From: Inquilinus limosus
GTDB taxonomy: Bacteria; Pseudomonadota; Alphaproteobacteria; DSM-16000; Inquilinaceae
NCBI RefSeq assembly: GCF_051487185.1
Contig: NZ_JAHVDK010000007.1
Coordinates: 158,241 to 190,240 of the forward strand
DNA: 32,000 nucleotides
Direction of reading: 5' to 3'
The notes under the pieces were generated by a model. It saw only the letters and a program-made list of their open reading frames with translations, searched no databases and had not been told where the DNA came from. Position 1 is the stretch's first letter. Every line of letters begins with the position of its first letter. The position numbers were made by a program, and so were the translations under genes. Shown piece by piece: positions 8,900 to 18,850 of this stretch.

Positions 8900-9585
8900 C
8901 AGCCGAGCTCCTTCGACCAGTTGATGGCGTTGACATAGATGCCAAGCGGGTTGCGGCGCAGCCGGTCGGCGTCGCGCGGCGGCTCGATCACGATGGTGAG
9001 GATGGCGGTCCAGCGCTCGGTCGCCGCCAGGCTGCCGTTCTCGTAGCGGCGCTCGACCCAGGCGATGCGGAAGCTGTCGTCCGAGGCGCGGATCACGCTC
9101 GACACCTCGACCGCGACCTGCTGGCGGCCGACCTTGCCGAAGGGATCGTTTGCCCTGGCGTAGTCGTTGAGCGCCACGGCGCCGCGGTCGGTCACGAAGT
9201 CGTAGGCGCGCAGCCAGGCCTGCCGCACCACCACGGGATCGGCCGGGAGCCCGCGCACGTCCTCGACGAAGCGGGCGAGATGCCAGGCGATCTGCGGATC
9301 GGTCGGACGGTAGCCGGCCGCGGCCGGCGCCACCGCCTGGGTCTGGCCGAGGCGGTCGACCTCGACCACCCAGGGCACCACGGTGCCGCGCGCCGCCTGC
9401 CACAGGAGCCCGGTGCCGAGGCCGCCAGCGAGCATCAGGCAGCCGAAGGCCATGAGCCGCCAGTTGCGGGCTTGGACCCGGGCCGAGCCAATGCGCTCGT
9501 CCCAGAGCTGCGCCGCCTTCTGGTACGGCGTCTCGGGCTCGGGCGTGCGGCCGTAGCGGACGGAGGAGCGGCGGAACGGGTTCAT
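8899..9585 (-). CDS. trbF: conjugal transfer protein TrbF (VirB8-like)
   Basis: 228 aa. Supporting sequence: MNPFRRSSVRYGRTPEPETPYQKAAQLWDERIG, one TM segment, and a C-terminal NPLGIYV motif. Confidence 0.92.
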   Translation of the reverse strand: MNPFRRSSVRYGRTPEPETPYQKAAQLWDERIGSARVQARNWRLMAFGCLMLAGGLGTGLLWQAARGTVVPWVVEVDRLGQTQAVAPAAAGYRPTDPQIAWHLARFVEDVRGLPADPVVVRQAWLRAYDFVTDRGAVALNDYARANDPFGKVGRQQVAVEVSSVIRASDDSFRIAWVERRYENGSLAATERWTAILTIVIEPPRDADRLRRNPLGIYVNAINWSKELG

Positions 9586-10802
9586 CGATCCTCCTCGGCG
9601 AGCGGCACCGAGGCCGAGCCGCCGCCATGGTCGCTGGAGCGGACGGTGTGGACCGCGGCGGAGACGCCATGCCGGACAGCCTCGCTGTGCTTCAGCCGCT
9701 GCGCCCAGCCCGGCGCCGTGCCGGCCGGTCCGGACGGCTGCGACGGACGGGTCGGCGGCACGGCCGGCGCGCCGCCGCCTGGCGATGCCCCTCCTCCGCC
9801 ACTGCCCAGCGTCCGGAACTTGCGAGCGAGCTCGGCCCTGCCGGCGATCTGCCGCTCGACCGCGAGCGTGCCGGTGAAGCGGCCGCTGGCGGCGCCGAGC
9901 CGGGCCGCAGCCGAGACGGCGCCGGTCGCCGCCATGCCGCCAGCCACGGCGAGGCCGCCCGCGGCGAGCGCGGTGCCGGCCGCGGCGCCGGCGCCGAGCT
10001 GCGGCGCGCCGGAGACGAGACCGGTGGCGATGCCCGGCCCGAACAGCCCGAGGCCGAGCAGCGACAGCGCGGCGAGCACGAGCGCCAGCGCATCCTCCAG
10101 CGTCGGCTGCGCCTCGCCGAAGCCGCGGGTGAACTCGCCGAAGAGGCCGGTGCCGATGCCGACGATGACGGCCAGCACCAAGACCTTCACGCCCGAGGCG
10201 ACGATATTGCCCAGCACCTTCTCGGCCAGGAAGGCGGTCTTGTTGAACAGGCCGAAGGGGATGAGGACGAAGCCGGCCAGCGTCGTGATCTTGAACTCGA
10301 TCAGGGTGACGAAGAGCTGCACCGCCAGCAGGAAGAAGGCGACCAGCACCACCAGCCAGGCGATCAGCAGCACGAAGATCTGGATGAAGTTGTCGAAGAA
10401 GGAGACGAAGCCCATGAGCTGGCCTGCGGCCTCGAGGATCGGCCGCCCCGCGTCGAGCCCGACCCGGGCGAGCCGGCCCGGTTGCAGGAACTCGGCCTGG
10501 CCGATCGACGAGCCCGCGGCCTTGAGGCCGAGGCCCGCGAAGCTCTCGAAGACGATGCGGGCGAGGCCGTTGAAGTTGCCGATCAGGAAGGCGAAGAGGC
10601 CGATGTAGAGCGTCTTGCGGATCAGCCGGGCGAGCACGTCCTCCTCGGCGGCGAGCGCCCAGAACAGGCCGGCGAGCGTGATGTCGATCGCGATTAAGGT
10701 CGAGGACAGGAAGGTGACCTCGCCGCGCAGCAGGCCGAACCCGGAGTCGATGTACCGGGTGAAGACCTCGAGAAAGCGGTCGATGACGCCAATCCCGCCC
10801 AT
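9582..10802 (-). CDS. trbL: conjugal transfer protein TrbL (VirB6 family)
   Basis: 406 aa and polytopic. It starts MGGIGVIDRFLEVFTRYIDSGFGLL and ends in a Gly/Ala-rich tail. It overlaps the trbF start by 4 nt. Confidence 0.92.
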   Translation of the reverse strand: MGGIGVIDRFLEVFTRYIDSGFGLLRGEVTFLSSTLIAIDITLAGLFWALAAEEDVLARLIRKTLYIGLFAFLIGNFNGLARIVFESFAGLGLKAAGSSIGQAEFLQPGRLARVGLDAGRPILEAAGQLMGFVSFFDNFIQIFVLLIAWLVVLVAFFLLAVQLFVTLIEFKITTLAGFVLIPFGLFNKTAFLAEKVLGNIVASGVKVLVLAVIVGIGTGLFGEFTRGFGEAQPTLEDALALVLAALSLLGLGLFGPGIATGLVSGAPQLGAGAAAGTALAAGGLAVAGGMAATGAVSAAARLGAASGRFTGTLAVERQIAGRAELARKFRTLGSGGGGASPGGGAPAVPPTRPSQPSGPAGTAPGWAQRLKHSEAVRHGVSAAVHTVRSSDHGGGSASVPLAEEDR

Positions 10803-10805
10803 GGC

Positions 10806-11078
10806 TCAGCGCTCCCCGCCGCCCGTGCCGAGGAAGCGCTCGCGGACCTTGGCCCAGGCGGCCCGGCAGCCGGGATCGTCGGCCGCGGCGAGGTCGAGCG
10901 ACCGACAGCGGGCGAGCTCGGCCGAGACATCGTCCGTCCGCTCAGGCACGACGCGCGAGACCGGCACCGGCGCCTCAGCCTCGCGATGGGCCGCGATCGC
11001 CGTCGCCAGAAGCGCGGCGCCGAGCAGGGCGAGGGCGGCCGCCCGGAAGATGGTCCGCGGCTCCATGGCGTCACTCAT
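10806..11078 (-). CDS. trbK: putative entry-exclusion protein TrbK-alt
   Basis: 90 aa, located between trbJ and trbL. It has a signal-like hydrophobic N-terminus and the C-terminal block CRSLDLAAADDPGCRAAWAKVRERFLG. The start could instead be the ATG at 11066. Confidence 0.7.
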   Translation of the reverse strand: MSDAMEPRTIFRAAALALLGAALLATAIAAHREAEAPVPVSRVVPERTDDVSAELARCRSLDLAAADDPGCRAAWAKVRERFLGTGGGER

Positions 11079-11802
11079 GGAACATGCTGACGGCCGAGGG
11101 CTGGTAGCCGATGCCCTCGGCCAGGAAGCGCCGGCGCTGCTCCTCGGCCTGCTGCTCGGCCGCGGCCTGGCGAGCCTGCTCCAGAGCCTGCGCCCGGCCC
11201 TGGGCCGCGAGCAGCGCCGTGAGGTCCGCCAGCTGTTTTGTCTGCACGGCCAGCAGCTGGTTGCCGGCCTGGGTCGCCTGCAGCACGCCGACCGCCCCCT
11301 GGCTGGCGTCGACCAGCGTACTCGTCTCCGCCTGGGTCGCCGGCAGCTCGTTGACCACCCCGGCGCCCACGGTGAGCGCGTGCTGGAAGGCCGAGACCGA
11401 ATTCTGCCAGCGCTGGCGGGCGCCCGCGATCAGCTGCTGGTCGCTGAGATCGGATCCGAGATCCCGGTACTGCCGGAAGGCGTCCTCGATCGCCTCGACG
11501 TCATAGGCGATGCGGTCGGCCTGGCGCAGCAGGCCGTGGATCTCGGAGAAGGAGCCCTGGATCTCGCCGAGCACCGAGGTCGGCAGCGAGGCAAGCTGCC
11601 GGGCCTGGTTGATCAGCATCTGCGCCTCGTTCTGCAGGCTCGTGACCTGGTTCTGGATCTGCTCCAGCGCCCGGGCGGCCGAGAGCAGGTTCTCGCTGTA
11701 GTTCCTCGGGTCGAACACGATCCAGGCCGCATCGGACCGGGAGGCCGGCAGCGACAGCAGAGCGCCGACGATCAGCGCGGCGCGAAGGCGATGATGGGTC
11801 AT
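11071..11802 (-). CDS. trbJ: conjugal transfer protein TrbJ (VirB5-like)
   Basis: This is the internal ATG at 11802 of track ORF 11071..12666. It gives MTHHRLRAALIVGALLSLPASRSDAAWIVFDPRNYSENLL (signal peptide plus the conserved N-terminus), followed by a coiled-coil body. Confidence 0.9.
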   Translation of the reverse strand: MTHHRLRAALIVGALLSLPASRSDAAWIVFDPRNYSENLLSAARALEQIQNQVTSLQNEAQMLINQARQLASLPTSVLGEIQGSFSEIHGLLRQADRIAYDVEAIEDAFRQYRDLGSDLSDQQLIAGARQRWQNSVSAFQHALTVGAGVVNELPATQAETSTLVDASQGAVGVLQATQAGNQLLAVQTKQLADLTALLAAQGRAQALEQARQAAAEQQAEEQRRRFLAEGIGYQPSAVSMFHE

Positions 11803-14234
11803 CAGGCAGGCTCCGGGGCAAAGCTGGGGAGAAGGTCGGCCGCCCAGGCGACGCCGCGGCGGCGAAGCCAGGCTTCGGCGAAGCCGGCGCGGCCGTGTGC
11901 GGCCAGGGTGTCGGCGATGGCGGCCTGGTCGGACTTCGATGAGGCGGCGCAGAAGGCGAGCGCGGCCTCGCCGAGACCGAGTTCGAACAGGCGGTTGCCG
12001 CGCCGCGACTGGCAGTAATAGTCGCGCTTCGGCGTCGCGCGGGCGACGATCTCGATCTGCCGGTCGTTGAGGCCGAAGCGTCGATAAATCGCGGCGATCT
12101 GCGGCTCGATCGCCCGCTCGTTCGGCAGAAAGAGGCGCGTCGGGCAGCTCTCGACGATCGCCGGGGCGATGGCGCTGGTCTCGATGTCGGCGAGCGACTG
12201 GGTCGCGAACACCACGGCCGCGTTCTTCTTGCGCAGGGTCTTCAGCCATTCGCGCAGCTGCGCCCCGAAGCTGGCGTCGTCCAGGGCGAGCCAGCCCTCG
12301 TCGATCAGGATCAGGGTCGGCTTTCCGTCGAGGCGCCGGTCGATGCGGTGGAACAGATAGGCCAGCACGGCGCGGGCGGCGCCGGTGCCGATCAGCCCCT
12401 CGGTCTCGAAGGCCTGGACGTCGGCATCGCCGAGGCGCTCGGCCTCGCCGTCGAGCAGCCGGCCATAGGGCCCGCCGAGGCAGTAGGGTTGGAGCGCCCG
12501 CTTCAGCACCGCGGACTGCAGCAGCACCGCAAGGCCGGTGAGGGTCCGCTCGGACACCGGCGCCGAGGCCAACGAGCTGAGAGCCGTCCAGATATGCTCC
12601 TTGTCCTCGGGGCCGACCGCCAGCCCCTCCCCTAGCAGGATTCCGGCCACCCACTCCGCCGCCCAACCGCGCTCTGCCCCGTCGTCGATGCCGGCGAGGG
12701 GCTGCAGCATTACGGCGTCCCCAGCCTCGTCAGAGAGACCACCGCCAAGGTCGTGCCAGTCGCCGCCCATGGCGAGGCAGGCGGCGCGGATCGAGCCGCC
12801 GAAGTCGAAGGGGAAGACCCGAGCCCCGGCGTAGCGCCGGAACTGCAGCGCCATCAGCGCGAGCAGAACGCTCTTGCCGGCGCCGGTCGGGCCGATCACC
12901 AGCGTGTGGCCGACATCTCCGACGTGGAGGGCGAAGCGGAACGGGGTCGAGCCCTCGGTCCGGCCGTAGAACAGCGGCGGGCCGTCGAGATGGGCGTCTC
13001 GCTCGGGCCCGGCCCAGACCGCCGACAGTGGGATCATGTGGGCGAGGTTGAGGGTCGAGACCGGCGGCTGCCGGACATTGGCGTAGACCTGGCCCGGCAG
13101 GCTGCCGAGCCAGGCCTCGACCGCGTTGACCGTCTCGGCGATGCAGGTGAAGTCGCGGCCCTGGATCACCTTCTCGGCCAACCGCAGCTTCTCCGCCGCA
13201 ACGCCCGGGTCCTCGTCCCAGACCGTGATGGTCGCGGTGACATAGGCCTGGCCGATCGCGTCGGTGCCGAGCTCCTGCAGCGCGGCGTCGGCGTCCATCG
13301 CCTTGTTGTGGGCGTCGGTGTCGACCAGCGCCGAGGCCTCGTTGGTCATCACCTCCTTCAGGATCGCCGCCACCGACTTGCGCTTGGCGAACCACTGCCG
13401 GCGGATCCGGGTCAGGAGCCGGACGGCATCGATCTTGTCGAGGCAGATCGCCCGGGTCGACCAGCGATAGGGGAAGGCGAGGCCGTTGAGGTCGTCGAGG
13501 ATTCCGGGGAAGGTCGCGCCCGGGAAGCCGATGACGGTTAGCGTCCTGAGATGCGCCGCGCCGAGCCGCGGCTCGAGCCCGCCGACGAGCGGCTCGTCGG
13601 CCAGGAGCGCGTCGAGATGCATCGGCGCCTCGGGCACGGCGACAAGCTGCCGCCGGGTCGAGACGCAGGCGTGGAGATAGGAGAGCGTCTCCGCATCGTC
13701 GAGCCAGGCCGCCTCGGGCACGAAGCCCTCGGTCAGCTGCAGGATGCGGCCGGTGCGGTCGACGAAGCCGCGCAACAGCTCCCAGGGATCGACGCCGCCA
13801 CGGGCGCGGCCCTCGTAGAGCCAGGACTCGATGCGCGACGTCTCCTCGGCCGGCGGCAGCCAGACGAAGGTCAGGACATACGCGCTCTCGAAGTGGCTGC
13901 CCGCCTCCTCGAACTGTGCCTTCCGCTCGGCGTCGACTAGGGCCGAGACCGGGTCGGGGAAGCGGCTCTCGGGGTAGCTCTCGGCCGGCTGCCGGCGAGC
14001 TTCGGCGAAGATCGCCCAGCCGGAGCCGAGGCGGCGCAGCGCGTTGTTGAGCCGCGCAGCGGCGCCGATTAGCTCGGCCGGGGTGGCGGAGTCGAGGTCG
14101 GGTCCGCGGAACCGGGCGCTGCGCTGGAAGCTGCCATCCTTGTTCAGCACCACGCCCGGCGCGACCAGCGCCGCCCAGGGCAGGACGTCGGCGAGATGGG
14201 CGGACCGCTTGCGGTATTCGGCGAGATTGAGCAT
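11802..14234 (-). CDS. trbE: conjugal transfer ATPase TrbE (VirB4 family)
   Basis: The ATG at 14234 gives MLNLAEYRKRSAHLADVLPW, a typical TrbE start. Walker A is GPTGAGKS and Walker B is TLILIDEGW. About 810 aa. Confidence 0.95.
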   Translation of the reverse strand: MLNLAEYRKRSAHLADVLPWAALVAPGVVLNKDGSFQRSARFRGPDLDSATPAELIGAAARLNNALRRLGSGWAIFAEARRQPAESYPESRFPDPVSALVDAERKAQFEEAGSHFESAYVLTFVWLPPAEETSRIESWLYEGRARGGVDPWELLRGFVDRTGRILQLTEGFVPEAAWLDDAETLSYLHACVSTRRQLVAVPEAPMHLDALLADEPLVGGLEPRLGAAHLRTLTVIGFPGATFPGILDDLNGLAFPYRWSTRAICLDKIDAVRLLTRIRRQWFAKRKSVAAILKEVMTNEASALVDTDAHNKAMDADAALQELGTDAIGQAYVTATITVWDEDPGVAAEKLRLAEKVIQGRDFTCIAETVNAVEAWLGSLPGQVYANVRQPPVSTLNLAHMIPLSAVWAGPERDAHLDGPPLFYGRTEGSTPFRFALHVGDVGHTLVIGPTGAGKSVLLALMALQFRRYAGARVFPFDFGGSIRAACLAMGGDWHDLGGGLSDEAGDAVMLQPLAGIDDGAERGWAAEWVAGILLGEGLAVGPEDKEHIWTALSSLASAPVSERTLTGLAVLLQSAVLKRALQPYCLGGPYGRLLDGEAERLGDADVQAFETEGLIGTGAARAVLAYLFHRIDRRLDGKPTLILIDEGWLALDDASFGAQLREWLKTLRKKNAAVVFATQSLADIETSAIAPAIVESCPTRLFLPNERAIEPQIAAIYRRFGLNDRQIEIVARATPKRDYYCQSRRGNRLFELGLGEAALAFCAASSKSDQAAIADTLAAHGRAGFAEAWLRRRGVAWAADLLPSFAPEPA

Positions 14235-14241
14235 CGCCGCC

Positions 14242-14505
14242 TCACACCGAGAGGTACGGCGGGTAGCGCAGATGCCGGCGCACCACCTCGACGAACCAGG
14301 GGTCGCGCTTGGCCGCCCAGACCGCGGCGGCGTGGCCGACGAGCCAGAGCACGACGCCGGCGATCCAGAGACGCAGGCCGAGGCCGATCGTGGCCGCCAG
14401 CGTGCCATTGGCGATGGCGACGGCGCGCGGGGCGCCGCCGAGCAGGATCGGCTCGGTCAGCGCCCGGTGCACCGGCACCTGGAAGCCGGGGACGGGCTCG
14501 GTCAT
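14242..14505 (-). CDS. trbD: conjugal transfer protein TrbD (VirB3 family)
   Basis: 87 aa. Supporting sequence: VPVHRALTEPILLGGAPR, two TM segments, and AKRDPWF. Confidence 0.9.
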   Translation of the reverse strand: MTEPVPGFQVPVHRALTEPILLGGAPRAVAIANGTLAATIGLGLRLWIAGVVLWLVGHAAAVWAAKRDPWFVEVVRRHLRYPPYLSV

Positions 14506-14831
14506 CAGACGAGCGCCCCGCCGCCAAAGGAGAAGAAGCTGAGGAAGAAGCTCGAGGCGGCGAAGGCGATCGACAGGCCGAAGATGATCTGGATCAGCCT
14601 CCTGAAGCCGCCCGAGGTGTCGCCGAAGGCGAGCGTCAGGCCGGTGACGATGATGATGATCACCGAGATGATCTTGGCGACCGGTCCCTCGACCGATTCC
14701 AGGATCTGCTGCAGCGGCTGCTCCCAGGGCATGCCCGACCCGGCGGCGTGCGCCGGCATGGCTGCGAGCGTGAACCCAGCAAATCCGAGGGCACTGAATA
14801 CTCCACGAAGACGAGTGAACGAGATGGTCAC
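14505..14831 (-). CDS. trbC: conjugal pilin precursor TrbC (VirB2 family)
   Basis: A GTG at 14831 overlaps the trbB stop. The product (M)TISFTRLRG...AHAAGSGMPWEQPLQQILESVEGPVAKIISVIIIIVTGLTLAFGDTSGG...FGGGALV is a typical TrbC pilin. Confidence 0.88.
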   Translation of the reverse strand: MTISFTRLRGVFSALGFAGFTLAAMPAHAAGSGMPWEQPLQQILESVEGPVAKIISVIIIIVTGLTLAFGDTSGGFRRLIQIIFGLSIAFAASSFFLSFFSFGGGALV

Positions 14832-15826
14832 GGCCGGACTCCTGGCGGGATGAGGTCGTCGGGATCGGGGGCGGCGGAGGCGAGGCGATAGTCGCCGGCC
14901 TCGGACAGGCCGCGGAGCTCGGCGAGGTCGACGAGCCGGCGCTGGGCGCCGCGGCCGGCGAGGACGGCGATCAGATCGATGGTCTCGGCGATCAGCGCCC
15001 GCGGCACGGTGACCACCGCCTCCTGGATCAGCTGCTCGAGGCGGCGCAGCGCGCCGAGCGCCGAGCCGGCGTGGATGGTGCCGATGCCGCCCGGATGGCC
15101 GGTGCCCCAGGCCTTCAGGAGGTCGAGCGCCTCGGATCCCCTTACCTCGCCGATCGGAATGCGGTCGGGACGCAGGCGGAGGGAGGAGCGGACGAGGTCT
15201 GAAAGCGAGGCGACGCCGTCCTTGGTGCGCAGCGCCACCAGGTTCGGGGCGGTGCATTGCAGCTCGCGGGTGTCCTCGATCAGCACCACGCGGTCGCCGG
15301 TCTTCGCCACTTCGGCGAGGAGCGCGTTGACTAGCGTGGTCTTGCCGGTCGAGGTGCCGCCGGCGACGAGGATGTTGCGGCGCTCGGCGACGGCCCGGCG
15401 CAGCGCCTCGGCCTGGCCCGGGCGCATGATCCCGGCGGCGACGTAGTCGTCGAGGGTGAAGACGGCGACGGCCGGCTTGCGGATGGCGAAGGCCGGCGCC
15501 GCCACGACCGGCGGTAGCAGCCCCTCGAAGCGCTCGCCGGTCTCCGGCAACTCGGCCGAGACCCGCGGCGCCCGGGCATGCACCTCGGCGCCGACATGAT
15601 GGGCGACGACCCGGACGATGCGCTCGCCGTCAGCCGGCGACAACCATTCACCGGTGTCGGCGAGGCCGTCTGTCAGACGGTCGACCCAGAGCCGGCCGTC
15701 CGGGTTGAGCAACACCTCGATGATCGCCGGATCGTCCAGCCACGCTGCAATCGCCGGCCCGAGCGCGGTCCGCAGCATGCGCGCGCCGCGGGAGGCCGCT
15801 TCCGCGCTGTCCGGGATTGCTGCCAC
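14828..15826 (-). CDS. trbB: conjugal transfer ATPase TrbB (VirB11 family)
   Basis: Walker A is GGTSTGKTT, plus [10 protein letters not shown] and [11 protein letters not shown]. The track ORF starts at GTG 15853. I prefer GTG 15826, which lies 6 nt after GGAGAGGGG; the start remains uncertain. Confidence 0.92.
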   Translation of the reverse strand: MAAIPDSAEAASRGARMLRTALGPAIAAWLDDPAIIEVLLNPDGRLWVDRLTDGLADTGEWLSPADGERIVRVVAHHVGAEVHARAPRVSAELPETGERFEGLLPPVVAAPAFAIRKPAVAVFTLDDYVAAGIMRPGQAEALRRAVAERRNILVAGGTSTGKTTLVNALLAEVAKTGDRVVLIEDTRELQCTAPNLVALRTKDGVASLSDLVRSSLRLRPDRIPIGEVRGSEALDLLKAWGTGHPGGIGTIHAGSALGALRRLEQLIQEAVVTVPRALIAETIDLIAVLAGRGAQRRLVDLAELRGLSEAGDYRLASAAPDPDDLIPPGVRP

Positions 15827-16127
15827 CGTGATCCCCTCTCCTGGCGGCCGCACTACGCGGCCGGCGAGCTGGGATGATTAGAAGATGCAGAATCCGCCGG
15901 AACGCAACAAGCGGGACGGAAGCGTAGGGCTATAGCGTGGAAAGACAAGAGATCGACTGAGGCTCTGAAATCAGATCGACAGCGATGAAGCGAGCTGCCA
16001 GCCCCGTCTTACGCCGCGGGGAAGCGTGGATCGTCAGCGCCGGGGTCCTGTGAGCTCGATTGTCGATATCGGGCCTCAGCGACGAACACGTTTCAGCAGG
16101 ACAGCGGAGAATGTCGGCACACAATCG

Positions 16128-17519
16128 TTACGGTGAAAGCTCTTCAAGGATCCGACCCTTGGTTTCGATCGCGAACACAGCGGTCACAATTGCGCCAATG
16201 GCAAGCACGAGAGCGAAGGCTGCAAACACGAACTGGATGCCGGCATATCCCATCAGAGTGCCGACGATGATGGGACCGGAGGACGACCCAAGCCGAAGCC
16301 AGGCACTCCCGAGCCCGGTGCCGAGGGCCCGGAGCCGCGTCGGATAGAGCTCGGCCGAGTAGAGATAAAGGGAGAACGTGATCGTCTGAACGATGGCATA
16401 GGCCAAGCCAGCAAGTATGAGGACCTCTTCGGGGGAGGTGGCGCCGAGAACGGCAAGCGCAAGAAGCGGGATGGGCGCCGCAATGAAGGCCGCGGTGTAC
16501 CAGCGCTTCCGGCCAATCTTGTCGATCAGGAGCGCACAGCTGACAGAGGCGACCACGCCGGCCACTGAGGTCAGGAGACCGTAGAGGAGGCTCGTTTCCA
16601 ACGGCAGGTTGAAGGTCTGGCGGTACAGCGTCGGCAGCCACGCAATCATCCCATTGGCGACCAGATAGGAGCAGAACCACATGGCCCAAATGGTCAGGGT
16701 GCGGCGTCGATAGATTCCGGTGAACAGCTCTCGCCAATGCGAGCGGCCCGCCGTCCCCATGACGATCGGCTTCGGCTCAGCCAGTGTGTGGCCCGCGGCC
16801 GCCGCGCTCTTTTCCAAATCGGTGACAATCCGGTCGGCCTCATCGTAGCGGCCCTTGGAAGCAAGCCAACGCGGTGATTCCTTCATGAAGAAGCGGAGGG
16901 GAATGAGGATTGCGGCCGGCACGAGGCCGACTAGGAACATGGCCTGCCAGCCATAGACCGGCACAAGGGCCCGGGCGATCAGGCCGGCCCCGACCAAGCC
17001 GAGAAGGAACATCACTTCATAGAGCAGGAAAAAGCGGCCGCGCCCCTTCGAGCCGATGTACTCGTTGATGTAGGCACTCGCCACCGGCACTTCGCCGCCC
17101 GTACCGATGCCCTGGATGAAGCGGAACACCATCATGGACGCTGCCCCCCAGGCGAACAGGCAGGCGATGTCCATGCTCACGAAAAGCAGGATGGTGAAGA
17201 GGAGCACACTCAAACGACCGATGCGCTCTGCCAGCCAACCGAACAGGATCGCACCGAAAAGCTGTCCGACATAACCCATAGACAGGATCATGCCGGTCTG
17301 CTCGGGCTTCAGGCCCCATTCCTGAACCAGGACGGGCATAGCATAGGCAATTGCTATTACGGTGTAGCCATCGAAGAAGGTGGCTGCTCCGATAATGTTG
17401 CGTGTCCAGAAGACTCGCTTGGTGATCGGAAGACGCTCCAGACGGGCGCTGATATCTGCCTGGCCGTCGAGCGCGGTGGCTACGCGATCGTTCGGCCGTG
17501 ACGGCGCCTCCATAAGCAT
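16128..17519 (-). CDS. MFS transporter, sugar-porter-like metabolite:H+ symporter
   Basis: The ATG at 17519 is preceded by GGAGGA. The protein has 12-TM character, and the motifs GWLAERIGR and MKESPRWLASKGR resemble the PESPRWL signature. Confidence 0.88.
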   Translation of the reverse strand: MLMEAPSRPNDRVATALDGQADISARLERLPITKRVFWTRNIIGAATFFDGYTVIAIAYAMPVLVQEWGLKPEQTGMILSMGYVGQLFGAILFGWLAERIGRLSVLLFTILLFVSMDIACLFAWGAASMMVFRFIQGIGTGGEVPVASAYINEYIGSKGRGRFFLLYEVMFLLGLVGAGLIARALVPVYGWQAMFLVGLVPAAILIPLRFFMKESPRWLASKGRYDEADRIVTDLEKSAAAAGHTLAEPKPIVMGTAGRSHWRELFTGIYRRRTLTIWAMWFCSYLVANGMIAWLPTLYRQTFNLPLETSLLYGLLTSVAGVVASVSCALLIDKIGRKRWYTAAFIAAPIPLLALAVLGATSPEEVLILAGLAYAIVQTITFSLYLYSAELYPTRLRALGTGLGSAWLRLGSSSGPIIVGTLMGYAGIQFVFAAFALVLAIGAIVTAVFAIETKGRILEELSP

Positions 17520-17762
17520 TGCGTTTCCTCCAAGTTGAGATTCGTTGATTCTACTGAAGGGCTGTGATCTTTCGGGCGCGCCGGTGTTTCCGAGAGACCC
17601 TTTGCTCAAGCGGCCTCTGCGTTTCGAAGCCGGCAACAAGTCTCACGCACCAAGCTGACAGGATCTCAGCAGCGGAATTGGGCGTGCCTCATTCCATTTC
17701 GCTAGCCGATCTGCCGGAAGCGGTCCGGACCTGCAGTTCGGGACGCTTCCGGCCGGACGGCA

Positions 17763-18698
17763 TCAGGCGGCTTTGGCTTCGATCAGGCCGGCAGCTGTGA
17801 GCGCGGTCCGGATTTCCTCCTCAGCGCCCGGTCCGAGCGGCATGAGCGGCGAGCGGATGTGAGCCTCTCTAATGAGGCCTCGGGCCTTCAGCCCCAGCTT
17901 GAGGGCCACGGTGCCCTCCATGTGCGAACCACGATGATAGACGGCCTTGGTGACTGGGAGGAGCCGATCATGGAAGGCGCGTGCTGCGTTGTAGTCGCGC
18001 GCCTTGGCGGCGGCGAGATATTGGACCAGCGGCTCGGGCGCGAGGCTGCCGTACCCCACCAGAAGGCCATCGACGTCGAACATGGTCGGCAGCAGCCACT
18101 CGTCATGGCAGGACAGGATCTGCAGCTCCGGGAAAGCCTTGCGCAACTCGGGAATCTCCGTGTCCCACCGCTTCATGTTGCGCACGCCGTTCTTGGTGGC
18201 AATCACGCCCGGCTGGGCCGCAATCTCGAGTTGGGTTTGCAGATCGTAGGACGCCTTCGTGGCGTCTGGATACTGGAACAGGATGCACTGAAGCCCGGAG
18301 GCTTCGTGGATTGCCCTGTAGCGATCCTGCGGCGCGCCCTTCTGGTAGCCGAACCGCAGCCAGCCATGATTGGGATAGACGAGGGCCCCAGTGGCGCCTG
18401 CATCGGCGGCGCGCTTGGCTTCGATTGCGGCCACCTTCGTGCCCTCGCCGGTGATGCCGGCGATGATCGGAACCTTGTGCCCGGCTGCCTCCACATAGGT
18501 CCGGATGAGGGCGACCTGCTCATCTGAGGTCAGGAACGTGCCTTCGCCGGCATGGCCGAGAATCACGAGGCTCTTGACGCCTTCGATGGACGTCAGCCAG
18601 CGGGCCAGTGCTGCATTGGCTGGATGATCTACTGAACCGTCGGCGGCAAAGACCGTGACGGGCGCTGGGTTAATGCCACGCAAATTCATGATGGCCAT
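17763..18698 (-). CDS. dihydrodipicolinate synthase / N-acetylneuraminate lyase (DapA) family aldolase
   Basis: 311 aa. Supporting sequence: NPAPVTVF...ILGHAGEGTFLTSDEQ, VPIIAGITG, and a putative Schiff-base lysine in VIATKNG. Confidence 0.82.
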   Translation of the reverse strand: MAIMNLRGINPAPVTVFAADGSVDHPANAALARWLTSIEGVKSLVILGHAGEGTFLTSDEQVALIRTYVEAAGHKVPIIAGITGEGTKVAAIEAKRAADAGATGALVYPNHGWLRFGYQKGAPQDRYRAIHEASGLQCILFQYPDATKASYDLQTQLEIAAQPGVIATKNGVRNMKRWDTEIPELRKAFPELQILSCHDEWLLPTMFDVDGLLVGYGSLAPEPLVQYLAAAKARDYNAARAFHDRLLPVTKAVYHRGSHMEGTVALKLGLKARGLIREAHIRSPLMPLGPGAEEEIRTALTAAGLIEAKAA

Positions 18699-18745
18699 TG
18701 GTTTCTCTCCCTCGATGACCTGCTTGAGCCCGCTGACGGTCGTCT

Positions 18746-18781
18746 GGGAACGATTGCGGGAACGTTTGCAGTAACGTTCCC
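18746..18781. promoter_or_regulatory. candidate LacI-family operator array (three 12-mers)
   Basis: The three 12-mers are GGGAACGATTGC, GGGAACGTTTGC and AGTAACGTTCCC. The last two form the perfect 9-bp inverted repeat GGGAACGTT-N6-AACGTTCCC. The array lies in the divergent spacer between the aldolase and lacI-like genes. Confidence 0.6.
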
Positions 18782-18850
18782 GAGGTTGAGCTTGAGGCTT
18801 TGCTCGGTCAAGCGCTAAATGCTTGTGAAGAGTCCGAGAGGGAGAGAGGC

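Noticed and set aside
9700-10100. Apparent repetitive GC-rich DNA in the trbL 3' region, with a similar Pro-rich stretch in trbI at 7450-7800
   Set aside because: These regions encode the Gly/Ala-rich tail of TrbL and the Pro-rich linker of TrbI. This is low-complexity coding sequence typical of these proteins, not tandem repeats or a CRISPR-like array.
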